From Chloroflexota bacterium (GTDB taxonomy: Bacteria > Chloroflexota > Limnocylindria > Limnocylindrales > CSP1-4), in contig VBEC01000019.1 of assembly GCA_005883615.1 (NCBI GenBank), positions 45,032 to 109,031 on the forward strand: DNA of 64,000 bases, in the 5' to 3' direction. Below the pieces are notes generated by a model. The model saw nothing but the letters and a program-made list of their open reading frames with translations. It made no database searches and was not told where the DNA came from. Each line of letters begins with the position of its first letter. The first letter of the stretch is position 1. Shown piece by piece: positions 1 through 8,989 of this stretch. The position numbers and the translations under genes were made by a program.

Positions 1-125
1 GGGTTCTGGCGGTCGAACAGAGTCGAAAATGCGGTCACCATCACTCGCCTGCCCGCGCCTGATACGGAGTAAGACGAGCCTCCGGCGTCGGCCGCCGTCG
101 GGCCTCCGGGTCTAAGCCATCCCCG

Positions 126-731
126 CTAATGCACGTACTCCGGGCGCCCAAGAGGCCGATACGTCTGGATGGTTAAGCCCCCGGAAGTGGTCCGCGAGCT
201 GACCAGATCGAGCGCGGTGTCCGGACCGGTATCGGGGAACAGCCGTGTGCCTTGGCCGAGGATGACGGGATAGATGAGCAGGTCGAACTGGTCGACCAGG
301 CCATTGGCGAGGAGCCATCGGACGAGGACACCGCTGCCGGGCACCAGCAAATCGCCGTCTTGCTGCGCCTTCAGATCACGGACGGCCGCGGCGACGTCGC
401 CGGTCAAGACACTCGTGCCCGCCCACTCCGGGTCGGTGAGGCTGGTCGATGCCACGTACTTGGGCCGGCTGTTCAGGGCGACGCCGATCGGCATCTTGGC
501 CATGTCGATCATCGCTCCCCAGGAGCGCGCGAAGATCTCGTACGTCCGCCGGCCGAAGAGGAACGCGGCCGCACCACCGTAGACCTGGTCGAGATAGTCT
601 CCGGTTTCCGTATCGACAAGTGGTGGCGCCCATCCGCCGCGGTCGAAACCGCCGCGGCGATCTTCGTCAGGTCCGCCCAACCCCTGCATCACGCCGTCCA
701 CCGAGACATTGGTCGTAATTGTCAACCTCAT
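126..731 (-). CDS. dihydrofolate reductase family protein (RibD C-terminal domain)
   Basis: 201-aa ORF starting MRLTITTNVSVDGVMQG with GRRTYE and PGSGVL motifs typical of RibD_C/DHFR-like proteins. It is a paralog of the genes at 1720 and 2574. Confidence 0.85.
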   Translation of the reverse strand: MRLTITTNVSVDGVMQGLGGPDEDRRGGFDRGGWAPPLVDTETGDYLDQVYGGAAAFLFGRRTYEIFARSWGAMIDMAKMPIGVALNSRPKYVASTSLTDPEWAGTSVLTGDVAAAVRDLKAQQDGDLLVPGSGVLVRWLLANGLVDQFDLLIYPVILGQGTRLFPDTGPDTALDLVSSRTTSGGLTIQTYRPLGRPEYVH

Positions 732-800
732 GGTTGTTCCTCTCCACTTCGTTGAGCCGGCCCGGTGGCCGAGACGATCGTTGCCTTTAGCTGTTAATCT

Positions 801-818
801 TACAACCATATGGTTGTA
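801..818. promoter_or_regulatory. perfect 18-bp palindrome TACAACCATATGGTTGTA overlapping the ArsR start codon; candidate ArsR/SmtB operator in the divergent promoter
   Basis: Exact inverted repeat read directly in the sequence. It sits between the divergent starts at 731 and 810 and includes the ATG at 810. Confidence 0.5.
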
Positions 819-1166
819 GCTCGCATCGCCGGACCGGAGGACCATGCCGATCGCGTCTTTCGGGCGTTGGGGCACCCCACCCGTCGAGACATCGTCCGCC
901 GGGCGATGAACGGGACGCTGTCGGTCTCCGGGTTGGCCCGCCTGTATCCGATGAGCACGACTGCCGTGCAGAAGCACGTGGCGGTCCTCGAGGAGGCCGG
1001 ACTCGTTCACCTGACGCGGCGCGGCCGTCAACAGCTCGTCCAGACCGAGATCGACACCATCGCCGAGGCGCACGCAATGCTCGCGGAGTTCGAGCGGCTG
1101 TGGCGCGGTCGACTCGACCGCATCGGCGACGTGCTCGCCGAACCAGCAGGAGGAGACCGGCCATGA
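810..1166 (+). CDS. ArsR/SmtB family transcriptional regulator
   Basis: 118 aa with the LGHPTRRDIV motif and a winged-HTH segment typical of ArsR-family metalloregulators. Confidence 0.9.
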   Translation: MVVARIAGPEDHADRVFRALGHPTRRDIVRRAMNGTLSVSGLARLYPMSTTAVQKHVAVLEEAGLVHLTRRGRQQLVQTEIDTIAEAHAMLAEFERLWRGRLDRIGDVLAEPAGGDRP

Positions 1167-1648
1167 CGGTGATCGCTGTGGACCGCGATCCGGTCGCGTT
1201 GACGCTCACGATCGTGGCTGAGTTCGATGCACGGGCGGAGCGGGTCTGGCAGGTGTGGGCCGACCCCCGCCAGCTGGAACGATGGTGGGGACCGCCGACC
1301 TATCCCGCCACCGTGGTCGACCACGATCTGACCGCCGGCGGCCGGGTCACCTACTACATGACCGGGCCGGACGGCGAAAAGCTCCACGGGTGGTGGCAGA
1401 TCATCTCGGTCGACCCACCCCGCTCGCTCGAGTTCGAGGACGGGTGCGGCCCGCCGAACGAGGAGCTACCGACCTATTCCGTCGGGGTTCGGCTCATCGA
1501 GACGCCCGAGAAGACCACGATGACGCTCACCTGCCGGTTCGCGTCCATCGCGGATATGGAGCAGCTGCTCGCCACGGGCAAGGAAGAGGGGATGAGGCTG
1601 GCCGTCGGACAGATCGACGGCATCCTTGCCACCGCTATCGGGTCCTGA
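1163..1648 (+). CDS. SRPBCC/AHSA1 (activator of Hsp90 ATPase homolog) domain protein
   Basis: Start MTVIAVD overlaps the ArsR stop by 4 nt. The RVWQVWADPRQLERWWGP signature of AHSA1-like proteins is present. ArsR-AHSA1 is a common gene pair. Confidence 0.8.
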   Translation: MTVIAVDRDPVALTLTIVAEFDARAERVWQVWADPRQLERWWGPPTYPATVVDHDLTAGGRVTYYMTGPDGEKLHGWWQIISVDPPRSLEFEDGCGPPNEELPTYSVGVRLIETPEKTTMTLTCRFASIADMEQLLATGKEEGMRLAVGQIDGILATAIGS

Positions 1649-1719
1649 TAGCGAGCCGGTCGCGCGACGTTCGGGACCGCCAGCTCAGGGCGCAGTGCAG
1701 CGAGAAGGGAACATCGACC

Positions 1720-2325
1720 ATGAAACTGACGACCACCACGCAGGTCTCGGTTGACGGAGTGATGCAGGGGCCCGGCGCACCAGTGGCCGGGGTAGCCGAG
1801 CGCGGCGCATTCGAGCGCGACGGCTGGGCCCACTTCGACACCGAAGCCGGGACGGTCATGGACGAGATCTACCAGCGCGCCGACGCGTTCCTGTTCGGGC
1901 GGCGGACCTACGAGATGTTCGCCGCCTCGTGGGGAGCGTGGCCAGATCCGGGCGACAGCCCGATCTGGACGGCGTTGCATACGAAGCCCAAGTATGTAGC
2001 GTCGACAACCCTCACCGAACCGCGCTGGGCGAACACGACCGTTCTCTCCGGTGACGTTGCTGCGGCCGTCGCCGAGCTGAAAGCCAGGCCGGGAGGCGAG
2101 CTGCAGGTGCACGGCAGCGGCGCCCTGTTCCCGTGGCTGCTCGACAACGAGCTCGCCGATGAGATGACCCTGTTCACCTTCCCCGTGGTCGTCGGCCAGG
2201 GCACGCGGCTATTCCCTGACACCGGCCGGGACAGGGCGCTCGAACTGGTCGACTCGCGGGCCACCCCGAGCGGTGTGACGATCCAGGTCTACCGGCCCGC
2301 CGGCCGCCCGCAGTATGCGACCTGA
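1720..2325 (+). CDS. dihydrofolate reductase family protein (RibD C-terminal domain)
   Basis: 201 aa starting MKLTTTTQVSVDGVMQG, colinear with the gene at 126-731. The longer ORF upstream is out-of-frame overlap with the AHSA1 gene. Confidence 0.85.
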   Translation: MKLTTTTQVSVDGVMQGPGAPVAGVAERGAFERDGWAHFDTEAGTVMDEIYQRADAFLFGRRTYEMFAASWGAWPDPGDSPIWTALHTKPKYVASTTLTEPRWANTTVLSGDVAAAVAELKARPGGELQVHGSGALFPWLLDNELADEMTLFTFPVVVGQGTRLFPDTGRDRALELVDSRATPSGVTIQVYRPAGRPQYAT

Positions 2326-2573
2326 CGTATGTGCCGGAGTTACTGAGAGTTGGCGATGGATGGGGAGGAATCAAGACCTGCGTATCGGCGTGCCACGCGC
2401 TTCTTTCCCCGCCGTGTCGCTGACCACGCTGATCTTCGCCAGCGTCTTGGCGTGATCAAGCCCTGGGCCGCATCCGAGGGCGGCCGGGCTCCACACGTTG
2501 AATGGCGATTAGCTTCGTCGTCGTTCCCAGTCTGTCTCTTCAAATCCGATCAACAGCACTAGAGGAGAACGTC

Positions 2574-3152
2574 ATGACCGCTACCTACACCTTCGACGTC
2601 TTCACCAGCCTCGACGGCTTCGGCGCCGCCGGCGGCAACTGGACCGGATACTGGGGCAAGCAAGGCCCCGAACTCCTCGACCACCGCCTCGCCTTGTACG
2701 GCGAAGAGCAGCGGATGGTCTTCGGGGCCAACACGTATCGGCTATTCGCGCAAATGATCGCCTCGAGCACCGAGGCGTCCGATGTGCGCGACCCATGGGT
2801 CACCCGGATGAGGAGCCTGCCGGCAACGGTGGTGTCGACCACGCTGCAAGGACCGCTCGACTGGCCGGACGCGACCATCGTGAGCGGTGACGCCGTCGAC
2901 GTCGTCGCCCGGCTCAAGGAGGAGTCCGTCGTGCCGTTGCGCTCGCACGGCAGCCTGTCGATGAACCGGGCGCTGATGGCCGCCGGTTTGGTCGACCGCG
3001 TCCAGGTAACGCTCTTCCCGGTGATCACCGGCCAGACCGGAGCGGACCCGATCTTCCAGGGTGCGGCCGACTTCGACCTCGAGCTGATCGAGACCCGGAC
3101 GCTCGACGGCCACACCCAAGAGCTCATCTATCGGCCCACCCTGCATGTCTGA
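2574..3152 (+). CDS. dihydrofolate reductase family protein (RibD C-terminal domain), third paralog
   Basis: Starts MTATYTFDVFTSLDGFGA and carries GANTYRLF and LRSHGSLSMNRAL motifs. It is the same fold family as the two upstream paralogs. Confidence 0.8.
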   Translation: MTATYTFDVFTSLDGFGAAGGNWTGYWGKQGPELLDHRLALYGEEQRMVFGANTYRLFAQMIASSTEASDVRDPWVTRMRSLPATVVSTTLQGPLDWPDATIVSGDAVDVVARLKEESVVPLRSHGSLSMNRALMAAGLVDRVQVTLFPVITGQTGADPIFQGAADFDLELIETRTLDGHTQELIYRPTLHV

Positions 3153-3320
3153 GCCCATACGTGCGCCCACACCCTCAAGCCGCGGTACCTGACCCGGAAG
3201 TTGCCTCTGACCGACATGCCGACCGGTCTCATGACAGCGCTGCAACGCGACTTGCTGATCGCCTCCTCGGTCGCCTCGGCGGTCGATGTAGACAACCCTC
3301 GCAATCCGCCCTTCATATCG

Positions 3321-4265
3321 TCACGATCGCTCGACCTGCACGACGACTTTGCCGCGGCGGCGTGCTGTCCGCCCGAATTCGTAGGCAGCCGCGGCGTCTT
3401 CAAGGGGGAACACTTCCGCCACCTCGACGCGTAGCCTGCCGTCATCCACGAGCCGGGCGAGCTCGATGAGCTGCGAGCGCTCGGGCTCGACGATGAAGAA
3501 TTCAGCGCTCAGGTCGCGCCCTTCCGGCAGCGTCACCGCAGGCGGGCCAGCGAGGCTGATCAAGCTGCCACCATCGTTCAGCACGCCAAGCGATGCCTCG
3601 GCGGTCCTCCCTCCGATGGGGTCGAGCACCACGTCGACGTCGCTGACGACCTCCTCGAACGGAGTGGCCTTGTAGTCGATCACCACATCAGCACCGAGGG
3701 AGCGCACGTACTCGATGTCCCCGGCGGAGGCAGTCGCCGTTACGCGAGCGCCGAGCGCCTTCGCGATCTGGACGGCGAAGGCGCCGACCCCGCCGGCTCC
3801 TCCATGCACGAGCACGTGGTTCCCGGGATGGACGTGCGCCTGCTCGGTGAACGCCTGCCAGGCCGTCAACGCCGACAATGGCAACGCCGCCGTCCGACTG
3901 TGATCGAGTGTGACGGGCTTCGGCGCCAGATCACGAGCCCGCACCGCTACGTAGTCCGCCGCCGCCCCGTCGTGATCGAACGGGACCAGTCCATAGACCT
4001 CCTCGCCGGCGACGACGTGGGTGACGCCGGGTCCCAGCTCTTCGACGACGCCCGAGACCTCGTGGGATGGGATCGTCGGGGTACGGTCGTGACCCTGGCG
4101 GTCGACCCATGTCTCGCTCCACTCCAGCTCCGTAGGTGTGATTCCTGCCGCGTGGACCCGGATCAACGCCTCGCCGGCTTGCGGCTCCGGCTTCGGGACA
4201 TCCTCGAGCTGCAGCTGTTCGGCTCCGCCGCGAGCATGCGCCCGCACGGCACGCATGGTTGTCAT
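3321..4265 (-). CDS. NADPH:quinone reductase / zinc-binding alcohol dehydrogenase (MDR) family oxidoreductase
   Basis: Starts MTTMRAVRAHARGGAEQLQLEDVP and has a GGAGGVG Rossmann motif, as in the Qor/MDR family. Confidence 0.85.
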   Translation of the reverse strand: MTTMRAVRAHARGGAEQLQLEDVPKPEPQAGEALIRVHAAGITPTELEWSETWVDRQGHDRTPTIPSHEVSGVVEELGPGVTHVVAGEEVYGLVPFDHDGAAADYVAVRARDLAPKPVTLDHSRTAALPLSALTAWQAFTEQAHVHPGNHVLVHGGAGGVGAFAVQIAKALGARVTATASAGDIEYVRSLGADVVIDYKATPFEEVVSDVDVVLDPIGGRTAEASLGVLNDGGSLISLAGPPAVTLPEGRDLSAEFFIVEPERSQLIELARLVDDGRLRVEVAEVFPLEDAAAAYEFGRTARRRGKVVVQVERS

Positions 4266-4507
4266 CGACACACCCCTTCCCATCCGAGTCGATCATGCGG
4301 CTCGCGCCTTGACGCCGTCCACCGGCCTCACCAATGGACGCGTCCGCTTCGTCAGGCGATTGCGATTGGTCGACACGTCACTTGGAAGTCGGCGAGCGTG
4401 AGTCGGCAGTCGCTGCCAGCCGTGGTCAAGTCGTCTGGCAGCGCCATGTACCGTGATCTCCACGGGAGCGGGTCCACCCCGGTTGTCGGCTCCAAGATCG
4501 GCCGCAG

Positions 4508-5488
4508 GTGACAGCCATGCTACGGATGAAGGCCGCCGGCATCGACGCATTCGGCGGCGAGGTGCAGCTGCTCGAACTCGCCGCACCACCACCGCCCGCC
4601 CCGGACGAGGTCGTGATCTCGGTACGCGCAGCCGGGGTCGGGAACTGGGACGAGATCGTCCGGGTCGGCGGCTGGGACGTCGGACGTCGGCCGCCGCTGG
4701 CCCTTGGGGTTGAAGCAGCTGGGGTCGTTGCCGCGGTCGGCGAGGACGTGACGAGCTTCGCACCGGGCGACGAGGTGCTCACCCATCCACTGCCGCTGCG
4801 ACACCAGGGCGCGTGGGCGGAGCGGCTCGTCGCTCCGGCCGCGCTCGTCGCGCGGAAGCCGGCCCCCGTCCCTTGGGCGGCGGCGGCCGCCTTCGCGGTG
4901 CCGGCACTCACCGCCGACCAGGCGCTTACCGAGGCCGCCCCTGTCCGGCCAGGGGAATGGCTTCTCGTCCACGGCGCCGGCGGCGTCACCGGAGAGCTCG
5001 CCGTCCAGCTCGCGGTCGCGCGGGGCGCGACTGTCGTCGCGACGGCGGGCCCCTCGAGCGCGGCGCGCATTCGCGGCGACGGGGCACATGCCGTATTCGA
5101 CTATCACGATCCCGAGTGGCCGACCCTCGTGCGAAATGCAACTCCAGGTGGACGTGGAGTTGACGCCGTAGTGAATGCGGCCCGCGGCGGGGCGGTGACC
5201 GCGCTGCAGACTGTCGCCGACGGCGGCCATCTGGCGACGATCACTGGCGATCCGCCGTCACCCGAACGAGGAGTCACGGTCGCGAACATCTACGTCCGCG
5301 CCGACGGTGCTCGGCTCGCCGCCCTGGTGGCGGCACTCGCGGATGGGCTGTTGTCGCTCCACGTGGGAGCGACATTCGCGCTCGCAGACGCGGCCACGGC
5401 GCTCCAGGCCGCCGTCACCGGCCGCGCCGCCGGCGCGACCGTCCTTACGCTCGAAGGGATCTCAAGCGACGCGGCGGACCACAAGTAA
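4508..5488 (+). CDS. quinone oxidoreductase-like MDR family protein
   Basis: AGIDAFGGEVQLLE N-terminus and HGAGGVTGELAVQLA nucleotide-binding motif. An alternative start lies at MKAAG (4526). Confidence 0.8.
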   Translation: MTAMLRMKAAGIDAFGGEVQLLELAAPPPPAPDEVVISVRAAGVGNWDEIVRVGGWDVGRRPPLALGVEAAGVVAAVGEDVTSFAPGDEVLTHPLPLRHQGAWAERLVAPAALVARKPAPVPWAAAAAFAVPALTADQALTEAAPVRPGEWLLVHGAGGVTGELAVQLAVARGATVVATAGPSSAARIRGDGAHAVFDYHDPEWPTLVRNATPGGRGVDAVVNAARGGAVTALQTVADGGHLATITGDPPSPERGVTVANIYVRADGARLAALVAALADGLLSLHVGATFALADAATALQAAVTGRAAGATVLTLEGISSDAADHK

Positions 5489-5922
5489 GGCGAATGCGCC
5501 GCGAGACACACTCGCTCCGCGAGGCGGCTGCTTCGGCGTACAGCGGGAGGCGACAGGCGTCGATGTACGACGCGCTCGCTGGCCCGAGATTCTCCATCTG
5601 ATTGCAATCAGCGCCCGATACGGAATCTGGCGCACCAAGCTCGGCGGGGGAGTATGCGCCCGACAGGATCCGAGCGCGCCATACCAATCGATCCGCGCGG
5701 GTCGACTCGTCGAGAGTCCCCGCGTATGACGGCTCGTCGGTGGCCCGGAGGTTTGACCGACGAAATCCGCCTCGGCTCTCGGAGGTGTTCCCTGCTTGTT
5801 ATCGCGCCGACGATAAGGCTGATAGTTACGTCCGACGACGCACCGGCGCAGGACTCGTCCGAGCCCCTCCTGGAGACCGGGACTGGACCCTTATCCGGAC
5901 CACTATGGATCCTGTTTCTTGT

Positions 5923-5975
5923 GTCTCATGCGTCTCTTGGATGTACCCGGTGAACGTGGCTGAGACGCATGAGAC
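5923..5975. promoter_or_regulatory. stem-loop: perfect 14-bp inverted repeat GTCTCATGCGTCTC / GAGACGCATGAGAC with a 25-nt loop, in the lower-GC leader upstream of the Rph-like gene
   Basis: Read directly in the sequence. It lies in a 690-bp noncoding region whose GC is visibly below the window average. Confidence 0.4.
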
Positions 5976-5988
5976 GGTTTACCCGGAG

Positions 5989-6006
5989 TCCGGTATGCGG
6001 TACCAA
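5989..6006. repeat. 18-bp direct repeat TCCGGTATGCGGTACCAA (copy 1)
   Basis: An exact second copy is at 9584-9601. The two copies bracket the Rph-like gene and the ABM-like gene. Confidence 0.6.
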
Positions 6007-6178
6007 ATTCCTTCGTTTACGTTCCGCCGGGTCGAGATGCGATCCGCCTGAACCCTTATCGTCGACCATCGCGTCGATGCCGGTGGGTCCATATCTCATG
6101 GACCATCACATCGATGGGATCGGATGTGCAAGGCACTTCGCCAGTCGTCGCTGAGTCCGGTTGACCTAGGCTTCACGG

Positions 6179-8713
6179 ATGGCCGACCAGCTGGTGCTCT
6201 CGCTCGAGGAGATCCGAGCAGCCGACGCGGCGATCGCGGGCGGTAAGGGCGCCAACCTCGGGGAGCTCATCGCAGCGGGATTCTCCGTGCCGCTCGGCTT
6301 CATCCTGACCACGGCCGCGTACGGAGTCGCCGCGAGGTCGGCGAGGGTCGATCCATCCGATCCGACGTCCGCCGCGGACCGACTCCGCGCCGGAGACGTG
6401 CCACGGGCGGTGGCGACCGCAGCCCTCGATGCCTACCGATCGATGGGCGGTGGGAAGGTCGCGGTGAGGTCGTCCGCGACGGCCGAGGATCTGCCGGGGG
6501 CGAGCTTCGCCGGACAGCAGGACACGTTCCTGAACGTGGAGGGCGACCAGTCGCTCATCGATGCCATCCGCCGGTGCTGGGCGTCACTCTGGAACGAACG
6601 GGCAGTCGCTTACCGTCGCGAACGCGGGCTCGACGATCAAAGCGTGGCGCTCGCGGTCGTCGTTCAGCGGATGGTTGACGCCGCCGCGGCGGGCGTCATG
6701 TTCACTGCCCACCCGATCAACGGCAGGCGGGGGACGGCCGTCATCGATGCCGCGCCCGGCCTGGGCGACGCCGTCGTCTCCGGTGCGGTCGATCCCGACC
6801 ACAACGTCGTCGACGTGTCAGCTGGCCAGATCACGGAGCGTGTGGTCAGACATGAGCGACCCGTGATGAGCGATGCACTTATCGTGGAGCTCGCCGAAAT
6901 CGGACGCCGCATCGAGCGCCGACTCGGTGGTCCGCAGGACGTCGAGTTCGCGGTGGATGGCGACGAGCGACTGTGGATCGTCCAGGCGCGCCCGATCACA
7001 AACTTGTATCCGCTGCCTGACGAGGTCCCGTCGGACACGCGGGTGTACTTCTCGATCAGCGTCGCGCAGGGGTATTTCGCGCCGATCACCCCGATGGGGA
7101 TGGAGGCGTTCCTCGCGATCGGCCGGCGCGTAGGCGCGACGTTCGCAGACGATCGGACCGGTTCCACGATCGCACGGTCACCAGTGGTGGTCGCGGGCGA
7201 GCGTCCCTTCGTCGACGTCACGGCCGTGCTGCGGGACCCGGTCGGACGCGACTTCCTCGAGCGGCTGAGCGCCATCGGCGAGGCGCGGAGCTCGGTCGTG
7301 TTCCGGAAGCTCAGCACCGACCCTCGTTTTGCAGCTCGTCGTGGCCGACGGGCCGGCTCGGTGCGGCGCATCCTGCCTGTCATCCTGCGATCGCGCATTC
7401 CCGTCCGTGCGCTGCGGTTATGGGTGTCGCCCGATCGATCGCGTGCGCGGCTGATCCGCGATATCGAGCAGGGGACACGCATCGACATCCCTGCCGGCGC
7501 GACCGCCTCCGAGCGCCTCGATGCGGTCGAGGAGTTCATGCGGGTCACGCTGCCGTTCGTCTTTCCGCGCTTGCTCCCCGTCGTCGTTGCCGGCATGGTG
7601 TCGCACGTGGCGGTTGGCCGGTTGCTCGGTCGTCGAGCCGGTCCCGAGGAGCTCATGGCCCTCAGTCGTGGGCTGCCGCACAACCCCACCACCAAGATGG
7701 ACCTGGCGCTCTGGGAACTGACGAGACACATTCGCTCGGACGCCGGGTCCCGCGAAGTCCTCGCGAGCCGGACGGCCGCGGAGCTCGCCGAGGCCTATCA
7801 GGCGGGGCAGCTCCCGCCGGTCGTGCAGACCAGCCTATCCGCGTTCCTCGACCGCTACGGCTTCCGATCCGTGGGCGAGATCGACTTGGGGGTGGCCCGC
7901 TGGTCTGAGGACCCCACGCATCTCCTGGGTGTGATCTCGAATTATCTCCTGCTTGCCGACGATGCCCTCGCACCGGACGCGCACTTCCGGCGCGGTGCGC
8001 GCGAAGCCGAGGCGACCGCCACGGCGTTGCTTAGTCGGGTCCGTGGACCGCGGCGCCTGCTTCTGAGATTTCTGTTAAGCCGGGCGCGTGCTCTGATGGG
8101 ATCGCGCGAGCTGCCGAAGTACATGTTGATCCGGAACGTGTTCACGCCCATCCGGGCGATGCTGCGACCGGTGGGTGCCGAGCTCGCCGCGACCGGGCGC
8201 GTGACCGTACCCGAGGACATCTACTTCCTCACCCTCGCGGAGGCCCGCGGGGCGATCGCCGGCGCTGACATGCGCGAGACCGTCGCGGCACATCGCGCGG
8301 AGTACGGCCGCGAGATCGCGCGTCGTCACGTCCCACGTGTGCTCCTGTCCGACGGCACCGACGCGGAGGTCGCGCTTGTCGAGCCGGTGGAGGGGGGCTT
8401 GCGCGGATCTCCGGCTTCACCGGGGTTGGTGACGGGCAAGGCCAGGGTCATCCGCTCGCCGCAGGGCGCTCACCTCGAGCCCGGGGAGATCCTCGTCGCC
8501 TCATCGACCGATCCCGGCTGGATGCCGCTCTTCCTCACCGCTGGCGGGCTAGTGATGGAGATGGGCGGCATGATGTCCCATGGCGCCGTGGTCGCCCGGG
8601 AGTACGGGATCCCCGCAGTCGTGGGTGTCGCCGGCGCGACCGAGCGGATCATGACCGGCGACTCGCTCACGGTCGACGGCACCGCCGGCGTCGTGTCGAT
8701 GGCCGCGACCTGA
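6179..8713 (+). CDS. PEP-utilizing enzyme with rifampicin phosphotransferase (Rph)-like architecture; often annotated phosphoenolpyruvate synthase
   Basis: 844 aa. The N-terminus (VGGKGANLGEL, VPLGFILTTAAY) is an ATP-grasp/PPDK_N domain. The mobile phospho-His domain (GGMMSHGAVVAREYGIPAVVGV) sits at the extreme C-terminus, and there is no C-terminal PEP-binding TIM barrel. This domain order is that of Rph rather than of true PEP synthase. Confidence 0.85.
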   Translation: MADQLVLSLEEIRAADAAIAGGKGANLGELIAAGFSVPLGFILTTAAYGVAARSARVDPSDPTSAADRLRAGDVPRAVATAALDAYRSMGGGKVAVRSSATAEDLPGASFAGQQDTFLNVEGDQSLIDAIRRCWASLWNERAVAYRRERGLDDQSVALAVVVQRMVDAAAAGVMFTAHPINGRRGTAVIDAAPGLGDAVVSGAVDPDHNVVDVSAGQITERVVRHERPVMSDALIVELAEIGRRIERRLGGPQDVEFAVDGDERLWIVQARPITNLYPLPDEVPSDTRVYFSISVAQGYFAPITPMGMEAFLAIGRRVGATFADDRTGSTIARSPVVVAGERPFVDVTAVLRDPVGRDFLERLSAIGEARSSVVFRKLSTDPRFAARRGRRAGSVRRILPVILRSRIPVRALRLWVSPDRSRARLIRDIEQGTRIDIPAGATASERLDAVEEFMRVTLPFVFPRLLPVVVAGMVSHVAVGRLLGRRAGPEELMALSRGLPHNPTTKMDLALWELTRHIRSDAGSREVLASRTAAELAEAYQAGQLPPVVQTSLSAFLDRYGFRSVGEIDLGVARWSEDPTHLLGVISNYLLLADDALAPDAHFRRGAREAEATATALLSRVRGPRRLLLRFLLSRARALMGSRELPKYMLIRNVFTPIRAMLRPVGAELAATGRVTVPEDIYFLTLAEARGAIAGADMRETVAAHRAEYGREIARRHVPRVLLSDGTDAEVALVEPVEGGLRGSPASPGLVTGKARVIRSPQGAHLEPGEILVASSTDPGWMPLFLTAGGLVMEMGGMMSHGAVVAREYGIPAVVGVAGATERIMTGDSLTVDGTAGVVSMAAT

Positions 8714-8989
8714 CCGATTGGACCATCGACAGAGCGATGGGCATGCGCTCCACCTCACTGTGGCCGGAGTGTCCATCGCCTCGCGCCCCTCCGAGCATCC
8801 CCGCGCCGTTCATGAACTCACGTTCCAGACGGCAACTGCCTCTCGGCTGTCGCGGAGACTCAACGGGACTGCACCGTGGATGGCGACACTACCACTTGGT
8901 TCCGCGTTGATTGGCTCAGCGAGCTCCGGCCATTGTCCTCGCTCGTGGGTCCGATCAATTTCCCGATCTTCGGGGAAGGAGGCAGAGCG

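Noticed and set aside
1255-1719. N-terminal 155 codons of ORF 1255-2325 as a possible fusion or extension of the DHFR-like gene
   Set aside because: This part overlaps the AHSA1 gene out of frame and is Arg-rich junk. The homologous paralog defines the start at 1720.
3153-3320. Possible bidirectional terminator between convergent DHFR-like and quinone reductase genes
   Set aside because: It contains GC-rich self-complementary words (GCCGCGGC), but there is no clear stem-loop followed by a T-tract. I cannot support a terminator call by eye.
6664-7731. 355-aa ORF on the minus strand inside the PEP-utilizing enzyme gene
   Set aside because: It is antisense to a well-supported 844-aa gene. The translation is Arg/Ser/Thr/Ala-rich low-complexity sequence, typical of spurious ORFs in 70% GC DNA.
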